A stretch of 64,000 nt of DNA, from positions 58,871 to 122,870 of the forward strand of contig MU619333.1 in assembly GCA_025201805.1 (NCBI GenBank), read 5' to 3'. The notes beneath the pieces are model-generated. The model ran no database searches, was not told the DNA's origin, and saw only the letters and a program-made list of their open reading frames with translations. This DNA is from Parasitella parasitica NRRL 2501 (Eukaryota; Fungi; Mucoromycota). Below, piece after piece: positions 12,208 to 25,491 of this stretch (its first letter is position 1; each line of letters begins with the position of its first letter). The position numbers and the translations under genes are program-made.

Positions 12208-12404
12208 CTTATATTTATTGTGTGTACAAGTAGTTTTCTTTAATAATGATATCTCCTAATAATAATAAACGCTTGCTTCTCCTTTGTGGCTATATATACC
12301 GAGGCTCACACTATAAAGAGGTACTAACATCTGTTGCATATTCAATATGCTGTCATTAAGGTTCTCTTGCCGACTTAAGATTGCTACCTTCAAGTTACTC
12401 GCTG

Positions 12405-12440
<36 letters not shown>

Positions 12441-12450
12441 NNNNNNNNNN
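12441..12450. other. Assembly gap
   Basis: Run of N after a poly-T tract. Confidence 1.
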
Positions 12451-13466
12451 CATGTTATTATCGTTCTACCATGCGAAACATAATTGCTAACTTGCGTATG
12501 TGTGTGCTTTGACTGCGTTTATTTTATGGACATGGAGATATGACCTAGGAATCCGATAGTGTATTTCGTCCTCTCTTATCACAAATATGTTTGTTGATTA
12601 TAATGTCAAAGAGTTTTATAAAATGTCATTAGCTAATCCTCAAATATTTCAATAGAAGTAGATCGAGCAACCCCTAAAAGGTCAAGGTATCAAAAAAGAA
12701 AATGACTTTGATAACCCACTTGTACTCTTTTTTGCTTGGCTACCTGCTAATTGCATGCATGCGACACTGACAGAGACCCATGATGCCGAGCTACCAAAGA
12801 CAGTCTATTCACTGTCTCCCCCAACTCTATCATAATCATGAAATTCCTGAAATAAATTTGGTGAATAAGCTTATGAAGTTGACGCCAGCTTTTTTTAGCT
12901 CTCAAATGAATAGCAGTTTCTTCTATCAGGAAGAAAGAGGAAGCTGTGTGGATGGGTAGGGAAATGCCGTTGTGATGTAATAACTTTATTCACTTCTTTT
13001 GCTCTTGTACATAAATTATATAAAGACACGCTAAAATCTCAACTAAATGCTTGTTTTGATAATACCTAAGCAATTATCTGATAAAAGAAACGTACAAATT
13101 GAATTTTCTTGAAGGACAAAGTAGTTTTTCGAAAAGAACAACCACTTCTGAACTAGCCAGAACAGATAAAATTTACTAGCCCCACTATGTACATATTTAT
13201 ACATCTATCATTCCTGAAATTGTTTTGAACCGCCAAAAATGTGGTTTATTGCCGATCTTGCGTGGATATGTGCCTATTTTTAACTACAAAAAAAAGTTAA
13301 AATAATAAATAAACAAACAGGGAGCATCAACATGTAAGAAACTTTTACTCTAGTGAAAATGAGGAGTATTTTGTCTCATGGTGAGTGCTGTCTTTTAGTA
13401 TAAAAGCGTGCCCTATTTTTTGCTGTTTCTTTCTTTTTTTTTTCTATAATTATCTGAGAAAAAAAA

Positions 13467-13928
13467 ATGACTATTGCTACCACCTCTTGTTTAACTACTG
13501 CTATCAAGACTACCTGCCGCAAAAGAAAGAGATCTTCAGAATCACATGTCCGTTTTTCTACTCAACCTCAAAGTATTATTTACACATACTCGCAATCAGA
13601 TTATGATCGTAGTGGATTGCTACCTGTCATTCAACCACAGCATGAAAAGCAGCAATTCATACTCACATTGGCCTTCAATTTTGTCCATTCTCAACCTTCG
13701 CAAGTAGATCAGAAACCAATGTTTAACAAAAAATCTACTCGAAACAAAAGACCAAAGCTCACTATCGATACAAGCAATCTGCATGGCCCGCTTTATTTTA
13801 CAAGCATGACAACGAATCATCAAAAGAAATCAATTCAACCACTATCACCAGCAGAAGATGACAAGGAAGATTTTGATAGTCTTACCAAAGAAAACACTCG
13901 AAGAAATAGTTTACCACTAGTGCAGTAG
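13467..13928 (+). CDS. Small disordered protein with a PP1-docking-like segment (RVxF plus TYSxxDYDR)
   Basis: 153-aa intronless ORF with HVRFSTQPQSIIYTYSQSDYDRS, resembling the Bni4/spinophilin PP1-binding segment; TATAAAA at ~13399. Confidence 0.65.
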   Translation: MTIATTSCLTTAIKTTCRKRKRSSESHVRFSTQPQSIIYTYSQSDYDRSGLLPVIQPQHEKQQFILTLAFNFVHSQPSQVDQKPMFNKKSTRNKRPKLTIDTSNLHGPLYFTSMTTNHQKKSIQPLSPAEDDKEDFDSLTKENTRRNSLPLVQ

Positions 13929-15189
13929 TCGTATATACTAGTTCCCTCCTTTCGCCTGTACATACTTGAAAATTGCTATTATATAATAAACGCTAATACT
14001 TGCTATATCGATATCGTTAACAATCACTGTTTGCGTGTTTGTATATTTTAACACTATCCAAGCATTCGCTATGGTACATACACACTCTTCCTCTTGTGTG
14101 CTCATGTTGCTTAATTGGTAGAATGGTATAACATTGATAGTGCATGAAGCATAGTTCTGCATAATTACCTCCAACTCAATCTAATAATGCTGTATTACAT
14201 ACATGCATCACCTTAACTTATTTCTTTAAATTTCATTATTAGGTGAAGTGGTATATTCATATCCAACTAATATTATAATATAAGGGTATTATGCATATTG
14301 ATTATATCCAAAACTGGGATATAGATCAAAAAAAGGGTCCATACTACTGTACAGTTTACTCCTTTCATCCAGTTTTATATACTATATTGATTTCATTGTT
14401 GTATTAAAATAAATTGATACTGCTCTAATATGAAAATGATCTCCTTCAGTAGGATAGCAATAATTCATGTTCATCTGTGCCAAGAGGTTTTGTATGCAGG
14501 TGAATATGCATCGTGTACGTCTCCTTTAATCCAAGAAAGAAAAACGTGCGATGAAATAATCGAAAGTATTGCATGAATTTATACAATATAAAGCCCACGA
14601 TTTACGGTAGTATATGCTGAATGATTCAATATTGCTGTCTTTTGCGATATTCACCAACCGCAATATGTATAAGCATATGCATGTATAGATTTTTCGTTGG
14701 CTTACATTTCATATACCAGTATATCACAATAATCGTCTTAATCATCGTCATCCTTATCATAACAGCATAATATAATGATCCTGATCATGTGCCTTATTAA
14801 CCATTTGAACAGACGAATCAAGAAAAAACGCATATATCGTAGATGTCATATACGCAATGATTTGAATCCCCCAGAAAAGAGGCAATTTTGATTATATATA
14901 TACATATAAATCATTGAGATATGTAGTGAGAATTAGCATTAAATAGGAATGCTGGTGCTATCTCAATTGAGTCCTTAAAACTAAATCTACCAAAGAGTTA
15001 TCCTTTTATTGGATATGAATTTCGAAATTGTATTCATATACAAATATAGTTTTTTACTATTATCCTGAGGAATAACCACCCCTAGTCATGGACTTTAGGT
15101 ACAATATAACATTAGTATGCTGGCTGGTGAGATCAGGTATTCTGACTAAAGAGACAACTTTGATCTCAAAAGATGAGTAAGCAACCAAA

Positions 15190-16340
15190 AGCCTAGAATA
15201 TAAATAGTAGGCATTCATTCGTCAGTGATTGATGATCAATAAAAACCGCTTTTATTATATAGTATTTGCTTTCGACTGCCTGATATATAATACGTTGGCA
15301 GTGGGTTAGTTTTGTCGATATTCCAAAGTAATATTTGTAGCTTTTGAAAGGAAAGGAAAGGCCTGCAAGTTGGTTCCAGCACCCGGTCTTTACCTTTTTG
15401 TTGGCAGGAGGGCTATCTTCAAACTTCAAGGTAAAATATTCATATCAGAATGCTTCGGCTGGAGTGGCGCAATAGTTTAACCAGGTTTATTGAATGATAT
15501 AGTGTCTGTGGCTGGTGGCAAGTTGTTCAAAAATTCATCTATTGGCGTTATCTTTATCTGTGCAACTGAAGTTTTGCATTTGGGCTAGTTCTTTTGGAAA
15601 GGAAAGCTGGGTCAAAATTTGGCTTGAACATGAATGTATTTTTAAATATGTCGACCTGTGGAAAGCTTGGTCACCTTCGATTCGAACATTTTGATATGCT
15701 GTAAACCATTTCGACCAGAGAAGAGAAAGGGCAATAAAAATTTATATTCAAACATACACGATGCGTGGAGTTCTTCAAGGTTGAGACACTTGCGAACAAT
15801 TAATTCCATCAAAGTTATCCAAGAATTCAAATCTCTTGATATTCCATTACTACCTGCAGTTTGGACTTCTCCCAAACGAAACTCATTATATATTGCTTCT
15901 TAGATTGCTTTTCCCCAGCCTTAATAGGCAGATTGGCAAACGTAAAAATCGAGAACTTTTAAGTGGTCCCTGACAACAAAGATAAGCCTGAACATGGGAA
16001 AATATACACAGTAAAATTTCTAGTATTGTTGACTCGTCAACTAGGATATTCTAACGATGCGTGGAAGGAATATGAAAAATAGTAAATTGCATTGTATGTA
16101 TGGATACCCACAGAAACAAAGTAATTACCTTTTAATATTTTATTGCTTGACACCGTGGATCCTTCGATCATGTAAAATGAGACAAGTTTCAGGAACACGA
16201 TCTGTTCGAATGAATTATACTGGCTATTACTACATATTACTACACTCTAAATTTTAAGCACATAATTCCACGAATTTAGCTTTGCAAGATACAATCTTTT
16301 CATGCAGTATGTTCTGAATTACAATCCCTTTTGCAAGAAA
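15190..16340 (-). pseudogene. Possible degraded F-box/LRR-like gene of an expanded Mucorales family
   Basis: Fragment ELIVRKCLNLEELHASC...LQHIKMF has an LRR-like pattern; multiple stops and frameshifts. Confidence 0.3.
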
Positions 16341-18110
16341 TACCAAAGTTTTTATTTTTATTCCTTTTTTTTTTATGTCAATCTGATGATATTAATCTAA
16401 TTATGTTTGAAATCGATGAGGCATTTTTTTCTTTTTATGTGACATTATATCTCCTTATTACTGCATCCTTTTGGCAGTACATGCCGAGAGAAGCCAGGAG
16501 TTATTGGAGAGTGTCAAATATGGCAACAAACAATATAAATCAATAAGGTAATTGATATTCGCATCACAGGTGCAGCATCAATCTTCAGGGCGATAAAAGA
16601 AACTCTTCAATTCTTGAAGAGTAAGGTATGTATGCCAGCTCAAATTTAAAATTGCACCATATAATTGTTTATATTACATATTAGCGGGAGGTCGTAAGAT
16701 TTTGACAGCCAACTACGTTGCGCAAATTATATTCACTATTTTGGGCTATATTCAATTATTTAGTAATTAAATGGACTCGATGATATAAAGGGAAGCTCAA
16801 ATTAGTAATGTAGGTTGTCTCCTTAGTGATGGTATCTTGGCGCTTCAGCCTTCAACTAAGTCAGGGTTTCTTGGCCACATGTTTCTGGAGCGAGCAAGTA
16901 AAATAATAAATATTACACCCTAATCACCATACAGTATTAAAATAACAAAAATAAAAATAAAAGTTTATCTAGGTCCAAGTTAAAGATATTGATTGAAACT
17001 AGGAAGTTATTTGTAAATCTGCACATCCGCATATCCGCATGAATCGCCGGCATCAAACAAAAAAAAATAAAAAATCAAAAGCACTCAAATTGCATCGGAA
17101 AGAGTTGATTGAATAGGTTAGAAACCTATTTCAATCTTACATCTGGACTATGATAAAATCATAATATACTGAATTACGTGATTACTGACTGCAACTGGTA
17201 CAATCCGCAAAAAGTCATACAGGTGCCGATAAAACAGAAGGTAGGGCATACTATGTCGCTTGGAGTACTTGATGGTCAATATAAAATTTAAGACGTATCA
17301 TCAGATTATCAGATGATCTCAAAGTACAGACATATATATTAGCTATGTATTACTAATTGAATGAAGAAAGTATACAAGACCATTATTTGTTTTGTGCATT
17401 TATGCTTATCTATTTGTTAATATCCAGAAAAAAAAAACCCTTCCTTTCAAGTGTCATTGCATTACAATGACAACTACGGTATATTACAAGGTTTTTTAAC
17501 CAATTCCAGTAAAACAAGAATGATGCTAACAGCAGATCAAACGGAACAACCAATATATGGTATCAACTCAAACGGCAAAAATTAAAGGCATATAACAACA
17601 GTTTATATCCTGTGCAGCATGCAACAGCGATTCATGCAGGTGGTTATGATTGGTCCAAGGAAAACGATAAAATAGCAGAATCCTCGGGTATATAAGTTAA
17701 AAAAAAAGGGGCAAGCATTTGCATCAGATATTAGCAAAGTCTATATACATGCGAAACTCTTTGAAAAGCAAGATGGACAGTACCTTGCGCCCAAATGACG
17801 ATTTATTTAATCTCGCACAGACTCAATGAAACAGTTCATTATAAAATAGTTTCTAACCAGAGTAGCACATAAACATAAAAATAAAGCTGTGTGGTGGTTG
17901 TGTCAAATACAGGTGTGTAAGATGGAGCAGTGAAGACTGCGTTTCAAAATCGACATGATGATAATTTATAGAAATAAAGCTTATTAAATAAAATTTCATC
18001 ATATTGGTAACCCCGTGACAAAGACAAGAACTCTATTTAATGAGCAATATAAATAAACGACCTTTTTTTGCGAAAAATTCCCATTTCTTCATTTTTTTCC
18101 ATCAGTACTA

Positions 18111-21100
18111 ATGAACAATCCGCAGACACCGACTGAAAGATCCTCTCTGCTAGATAGAAGAAGATCCTCCCAAATGCGCAATGGGAACTACACAGAGGGC
18201 GGTCTGACTTTTTCTATACCATTACCATCTCCATTTAGAGAGCAGGAGCCAATTACATTTCCTGCCACTCATAATACTACTCCTACCACTCTGGACAGGC
18301 ATAGATTCAAATGGTTCAACAAGCGCACCGGATCTTACGACGAAGATAGGCAAGATTTAGTCAAAGAGAGCACTGGCGTCCGTGTGTGGAGCGAATCCTA
18401 TTCCAGTATAGGTAATTATCTGGTTTGACAGTCAGCAATACAATGCAACGATTTCTAAACCTGAGCATTAGATTGGATCCATGACAGAATCAAGGAGGGG
18501 ATCAGAAGGCGGAAATTTCGAGATACCCCAGGTTTGAGAGGTGAATTGCTGAAGGCAAATGATGCATCACAGGCATGGATCTTGGCGATACTCATTGGTA
18601 CGGCTGTTGCTGCTATTGCATGGTTCATTGATGTTGTTCAAGAATGGATGTCTGACCTGAAAGGAGGTTACTGTACTACCAACTGGAGATTGAATAGTAA
18701 TTTTTGCTGCTGGGAAAATCAAGGTATTCTAAAATACAATGAAAGTATAATTTAACGCTAAATTAGCCATTTGTTTGGTTCAACAGAAGAAACATGTCAT
18801 GCTTGGAAAACGTGGCCCCAAGTATTTGGGGTTGAAGGAAAGACTGCAACCTACTATACAGCCATGGCCATGTATACTTTCTTTGGTGTATGTGTCTTTT
18901 TTGAAATTTAAGGAGGGAACCAAATTAATCCATGTTTATTATAGCTGGCATTTTCGTTAATCGCTGCATTAATGGTCAAGCATACCGCTGAAAAAGTAAA
19001 AGTTCGCAAAGCAACCAAAACCCAACCGTTTTCCAAGTCGCCTTCTATGGCATCTATACCATATGAGATTATATGCAACAGTGATCAACAGAATATGACA
19101 TCCTTTAACAACAAGGATGAAACGACAAATGCTCCCCAATATGAAACAAAAAATGCATACTACTGTGCAGGTTCTGGTATTCCTGAGGTCAAGGTCATCC
19201 TGGGAGGCTTTGTGATCAAGGGATTTTTGGGTATTAAGACAATGATTGTCAAAAGCGTTGGAATGGTATACAAATATAATGAAAACAACTGAACTGTTTG
19301 TACTAACATGACCAAAAGATTTTCTCTACATCAGCCGGTTTAAATTGTGGTAAAGAAGGTCCTTTTGTGCATTTGGCCTGTTCTGTAGGCAACATTGCGT
19401 GTCGCCTGTTTCCTAAATTCAACAAAAATGAGAGCAAACGAAGAGAAATCCTCAGCGCTGCCTCTGCTGCAGGTGTTGCAGTTGCATTTGGCGCACCTAT
19501 TGGTGGCGTTTTGTTTAGTATGGAGGAAGTAAGTTACTATTTTCCAATGAAGACGTTGATCCGAAGCTACTGCTGTGCCATGGTAGCTGCTATTGTACTC
19601 AAGGTTAGACCCGAAACATGACCTTTTTTTCTCCAATAACACTAAACCTTAATGCAACAGATTACTGATCCATTTGGTACTGGTAAAATTGTGCTTTTCC
19701 AAGTTTCATATGACAAGGAGTATCACCTTTTTGAAATGGTACCTTTAATTCTTTGTGGTGCGTTTGCTGTGAGTGGTTTGATGTTTTTTTTGCATAGCAA
19801 ACAATGTGCTGATCCGCTGTTTATATTTGAACAATAGGGCTTCTTTGGCGCTTTTTTGACATATTTTAATATCAAATATCAACATTTCAGAAAAAACAGC
19901 ATCGTCGGCAAATATCCAATAACCGAAGTGCTGGGCATTATGCTGCTTACGGCACTAGTTAGCTTTTGGAATCCATTCTCAAGAATGGGTCTCAGTGAAT
20001 TTGCCTACAATCTCTTCTCCGAATGCACCCCTACAAACGATAATGGAGGCCTTTGTGCGTAAGTAATTCAAAAGAAGTCAACATCATCACACATGTATTC
20101 TAATCCTCTTATAGACGCACTGTGGCAGAAATACCTCAACTATTGTACTTGTTGCTGACCACCATGATAATCAAAATGGGACTTACTATGATCACATTCG
20201 GATGTACTGTTCCCGGAGGTATCTTTCTGCCTAGTTTGATCATTGGAGCCATCACAGGGAGAGTTATAGGTCTAATTATGCAATACTTGACACTAACGTA
20301 TCCAACTGCATGGCCATTCACAGCATGTGCCCAAGATTTTGCAACACGTGGAGAGTGTGTTATTCCTGGCGTCTACGCAATTGTGGGAGCAGCAGCTGGT
20401 TTGGCTGGCGTAACCAGGACCACAAGTAAGTAAAATTTTTTTAAATCCTAGATTATACATCTAATGCTGTGCAGTTTCTCTTGTGGTCATCATGTTTGAA
20501 TTGACCTATTCTCTCACATATGCACTAGTAAGTTAATATTGAATATTTACTGCATTATTACATAAGAGGCTGACACATTGTTTACTTCCCCTTGCATATG
20601 ATTAGCCTATTATGATTGCTGTGATGGTATGTATACAACTCAAAACTGAAAACCTACACGCACCCTAACAATTTGAGCTTACAGGTTGCAAAATGGATTG
20701 CTGACGCCATGTTTGTTGAGGGCATTTATGATTTATTGATTGAGCTGAAACAATATCCATATCTTGAAGCAAAAAGAGAATACATTCACACAATGACGAT
20801 CATGAACATTACTGAATATCTTTCGACTATTGACGTGGACACACCAATTACTATCAGTAAACTGAAGCAGAAATTGAGAATTATTGGTGACATGGGCTAT
20901 GCTGAAGATGGTGGATTCCCCATATTAAGCGATGGTGATATTTTAGAGGGCTACATTGCTACCAGCGAAGTTAGCCATGGATTAGATCAGCTAGAAGCAA
21001 CTTTAAAGCCCACCATGTCTGAAAGTGAGCTAGATCAAGTGCCATGCTATTTTAATAGATTGATGAATGACGCTACAACTCATCATACCACTGCTGCCAC

Positions 21101-21491
21101 TGCCACAAACATGATCAACCAGGATTTGAAGACGCCAGTGCGAGACTTACTTCAAGTAGATGCTACAGAAAACATGGAAAGTGATCATCATCATCAAATA
21201 GAATCCATGATTTCATCACGGCAATCTTTGAATGACTTTTCGCAATACATAGATCATGTAAAGTTTCAGAATCATGCTATTAAAATAGTGACAATAGCTA
21301 ATTTAAAGACTTTATTTTAGGCACCACTCACTATAAACCAAAACGCTTCAATGACGCTGTTGATGGACATGTTTACTAAACTTGGCGCAAGATATGTCTG
21401 TGTCACTCATTCAAATGGAAGATATTTGGGAATCATTCATAAGCGAAGGCTGTTGGCTTATTTAAAAGAACTAGACGAAGAAGACGAGTAA
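18111..21491 (+). CDS. CLC-family chloride/proton antiporter (Gef1/ClC-3-like) with C-terminal CBS domains, multi-exon
   Basis: Signature motifs [26 protein letters not shown] and GIFLP; CBS-like GGFPI and LGARYVCVT; 21-nt microexon 20606-20626; stop TAA 21489-21491. Confidence 0.95.
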
Positions 21492-21558
21492 ATAGTAGTA
21501 GTGCACTGTGTAGTAGCAAATATGCCTTCATATTTATAGATATTATATACATATACCG

Positions 21559-21594
<36 letters not shown>

Positions 21595-23119
21595 CAGTTT
21601 TTTTTTTTTTTTTTTTTTTTTTTTACATAAACGGTTGTACCTACCATACAAGTGATGTTGTCATTATACTCAAGTGGTTTGCGGTTATTAAAGGCCCAGT
21701 CTGCTGATTGCTACCAATGACCACCTCTTAGGTACCATGTAAAACCTGTAAAACACAACGCTCGATCTTCTATTTTGTTTGAGGATGCTACCGAAAAACA
21801 AACAACGAATATGCAATTATCTTGACACATATGATTATCAGCACTACTGAATATCTCACACTATACCATTAAAGTTTGTACTTAGTTATTAAAGCCTCAT
21901 ATGTACCACAATAAAAATAACATACTAAGAATAGGCGTACCGTTTAGGCATAACAAATACTACGAAACGTACAGTACTAGAATTTCAAACGACTGATTTG
22001 CATATCGAAATATTAAGAACTCATGCATTCACACTGAATATCAGAAACCATTAATACATGCTATGATTTTGTATGTAATGCATTCTATGTCTTCATGCCT
22101 TGGATTGACCCTGCAACTATGTATGCGTCAGTGTTTATGTGTGAATCAACGCCATTTAACCGAAGCAATTTTAAATGGCACAAACGCAATTGATGTAGAT
22201 CATATCATTGCAATTTCTTTTTATTGTACCCGGGAACAATTAATTGAAATCAACTATTAGTATTTAGCGTACAACCAGCGATTAACCATTGTATTCTTAC
22301 TAATTTAACAAAACACTTTTGTATTAAAGGGATGGGCATACTATAAATTTGAAGCAAGGCAGGTATTTTGAAGAAAGGGATTCAACTGTATCATCCAAAT
22401 AGTATGATATAGCTGATCTAGAATAAAAACTATGTCATATGTACTCATTTTATTATATTTTAGAAGAATCCAAATGTATATCATACTGAACATGTCTTTT
22501 CTGTTCCCCTAAAATTTGTTCAGCAAATTCTTTTTGTGCTTATAGAATTTTAATTCAGCGAGACAGAGCCATATCGACCTATTTCTTGATATTAATTTGA
22601 GGAGCTAGTTTTTAAGATATTTTTATTTAGATTATCATACGAGAACCAATACAAAGTAAATTAAGTATTAATTGTTAATATAATATCATGATCGTTTAAG
22701 AGATGTGGAAAGAAGTATATTGATCGAATTATACACGATGATGGATCTGATGGTAGCACACTATAATAGGACCTAGGCCACCAGAACTCTTGGTATAACA
22801 ATACCCCTGAAGCATGGATTCCAAAATGCCCATGTCTTTCGTGGATGCCTTGCTAAAATTTCTCTCTTTGATACTGTGGTATGTTATATCAATGTTATCT
22901 CATAGGTCTCTTGTACAAGGTTTCACTCTTAGCATTGATTAGTATCTCAAGTAAATTATGGGTTATTCGGATCAACATTCCACAGGTTTTAGATAGTAAA
23001 AACCTCTTTGTTGTAGTTCACATTATGCTAAGCCTCTATTATTAGCACAGATAGGTCTATTTAAAAACAATTATGTTTGGAATCTAAATATATATTCAAT
23101 ACACTTTTAGGAGCAGGTT

Positions 23120-23527
23120 TTGATCTGTTATAACTAAAGATACAGAAGATCATGGCAATCATACTTCAATTTGAAGATTGAAAATTGTCCAATGATGTGA
23201 TGTAATACGCTTACGTAAACTAGAGAATGAAATCTTTGTTTCAATTCAAGAAGGTTATCCTGTAGTAACACAGATCTGAGCACCAGGATAAGGTTAAGGC
23301 ACTGTCAGATCAAAGACTGGTAGCCATTGTTGTATAACCTTACATCGTACCCTGTCAAGTAGATTGTCACCGTGAATTAGTCTTGTCAATTAGTAATCTA
23401 AATAAGTCGCCATAAATTTATGTGGTTGTAAAAAGTATAAATAGCAGATGTAATTTCGATCTTAAATAAAGTATCTTCAAGTTTTCGTATTTCGTTAATC
23501 TTTGGTTTTGTTATCTTTTTTTTTTTG
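23120..23527 (+). repeat. Dispersed non-coding element, copy 1 (inverted copy at 61981-62360)
   Basis: Alignment by eye: core 23237-23369 differs from the reverse complement of ~62113-62250 by about 6 substitutions and 3 small indels; homology extends to a shared oligo-T end. Confidence 0.9.
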
Positions 23528-24089
23528 ATCCAACGAAGGTAGCTCCGTTAGAGATGACATTCAATTACATTTTTGTAAGAAGTTCTATCACTTCAGCACA
23601 ATATCATCTGATAACTCTATAAATTTCAATAAAAAAAAAAGTGGACGCAGATGTTGTTGCCAGATAGCGCCAAGTGAACGCTAAGTTTTCCGAGTTAGAT
23701 TGCGGTTCTACGGTCATTTTAGCAGAAGTTATGAGCAAATTTCTGATATTCATGATAAATATTGAAAAATATAACCGTTTTTGCTGATATCTTTTGATAG
23801 AGAGGTCGTCCAAGGGAAAACAAGTTATGCTCATATAGTGATGATCATAAATACAACCTTTTCTTTCCTTCTTAGATACTAAGAAAAAAAACAAAACAAA
23901 AAATGTTACGATATTGTTGTGATCTCTTTACTTTTTCCAAAATAGCTTGGTCATGCAATTTTTCACACATTTAAAAATAAATTGGTCAAGGAAATATTTT
24001 GTATTTGGTTGCTTTGTAGAAACAGATTTTCTCTCAAATTTATTGATTTAAAAACACACTTTTTTCACGGAGACGATTATGGTAACATT

Positions 24090-24820
24090 GTTGATGACAG
24101 AGGGAAAGAAGCAACAACCTTTTGTTGAGGAGAAGTCGTTCCGAATGGGAAAACTGACTGATCTAATGAAGGTTTTCAAAAACTAAAAAGCTCAGCTTGA
24201 AGTAACATTCCTTAAGATGTCGTAATATAGAGGAGCCTGTCCCTATGAAAGGAAGAGCTATTCAGTACAATGTCTATGCTGATGAGGACCGCGTGATATA
24301 TTTCTATTTCTTTTGAAATCAAAGACATTGACGCCCAAGGAGACGGCCAAAGCTGCGAACGTCAATTATGATACCTCGTGCAAATGGAAAACAAGCTTAT
24401 GAAAATGACTCAAAACAAGAATATACCCTTGAGGAAAACCAAACGCACCTCAAACAGACTACTTGGTCAATTAAACGATGAGTATAAGTTAAGTTTTTTT
24501 TGGCAATAGTTCCTTGGCAACTATCAGGACGCAACGGATGATTTGATCACGAATTTCGCAGGTTTGAACATCAAGAAATCGAGAGTAGCTGGATTCATGA
24601 AAGAAGAATATAATCTCAGTATCAAGGGTGTAAGTCATCATCCGAAAGCTAGAAATTGTGATACCACTCTCCTAGGGCGTGTTGTATGAGTCAAGGAATG
24701 ATTTTTTTTAAGGACTGCGTACTTCTTGACGAATTCGGACTCGATGTCAATATGCATCGCAATAGAGGTTGGGCTGCTAGTGGCTCACCAGCTATCGTGG
24801 AATCTCCTACTGCAAAAGCC
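24090..24820 (+). mobile_element. IS630/Tc1-mariner transposase remnant (HTH plus start of DDE domain)
   Basis: Broken frames: YNVYADEDRVIYF, KETAKAANVNYDT..KWK, FAGLNIKKSRVAGFMKEEYNLSIK, CVLLDEFGLDVNMHRNRGW...GSPAIVESPTAKA. Confidence 0.8.
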
Positions 24821-24923
24821 GAGTTGCAAACTTTCATTGGAGGTGAGAATGGCAGCAAGAGGTTACTTTTGCTTCAAATTTTTTTTCCTGTGCATAATAA
24901 AATTAAGCTTTATGCCGGTACAA

Positions 24924-25346
24924 GTTCAGATCGCCTAATCTCTAACAGACAGTAATGAATGCTTAGAACATTGTACACTAACTCAACACTTGTACTTTGC
25001 AAACACCATAGGTGGCTCAAATGGTAGAAAACAAAGCATAGCAGATTCACATGAGTGGCATAAAGCGCTCGAATTCTATATCGCTTGCGAGATTTTTTTT
25101 AAAAGAAAAATATCATGAGTTCATCCATCTCAGAGGAACAAGCCAAATAAATTGCCACTTACTAGGACATCATTGCAGAATAAGACGGCATACATACACA
25201 AACATCGACACACGTTCAGATCGCCTAATCTCTAACAATCTGCAATGATTGCTTAGAACAGTGTGCACTTACTCAACACTTGTACTTTGCAAACACCATA
25301 GGTGGCTCAAATGGTAGAAAACAAAGCATAGCAGGTTCACATGAGT
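24924..25346 (+). repeat. 133-bp direct repeat pair (24924-25056 and 25214-25346)
   Basis: Both begin GTTCAGATCGCCTAATCTCTAACA and end CACATGAGT; 9 mismatches by manual count; 157-bp unique spacer. Confidence 0.95.
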
Positions 25347-25491
25347 AATGTAAGGTAGTTTTAATGAAAAGAAAACAAAAACGTTATCTTCGTGATCCCA
25401 GTAAAATTAAATGTTAGATAATGACGTCGAACTTCAATGAATTGGTGCACGAGCTCAGAACCTCCACCTTTTTTATCTTTGTAACAAAAAA

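Noticed and set aside
15457-15500. tRNA-like start GGCTGGAGTGGCGCAATAG
   Set aside because: No anticodon arm, T-loop (GTTCRA) or acceptor 3' strand follows.
16820-16870. Hairpin with a CTTCA loop suggesting tRNA-Sec
   Set aside because: No cloverleaf, T-arm or long variable arm can be built.
18111-21491. Possible U12-type introns in the CLC gene
   Set aside because: No RTATCCTT donors; all introns read as ordinary GT-AG.
23249-23305. Short matches of the repeat core to U6atac (GAAGGTTA, GGTTAAGGCA), U12 (TGCCTTAA on the minus strand) and U2 (TGTAGTA)
   Set aside because: Flanking invariant residues (AAGGAGA box, AGC triad, GUAAGGA, U2 stem I) are absent; treated as coincidence.
24924-25346. 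CRISPR-like repeat-spacer-repeat
   Set aside because: Only two units, 133 bp long, in a eukaryote, with no cas genes.
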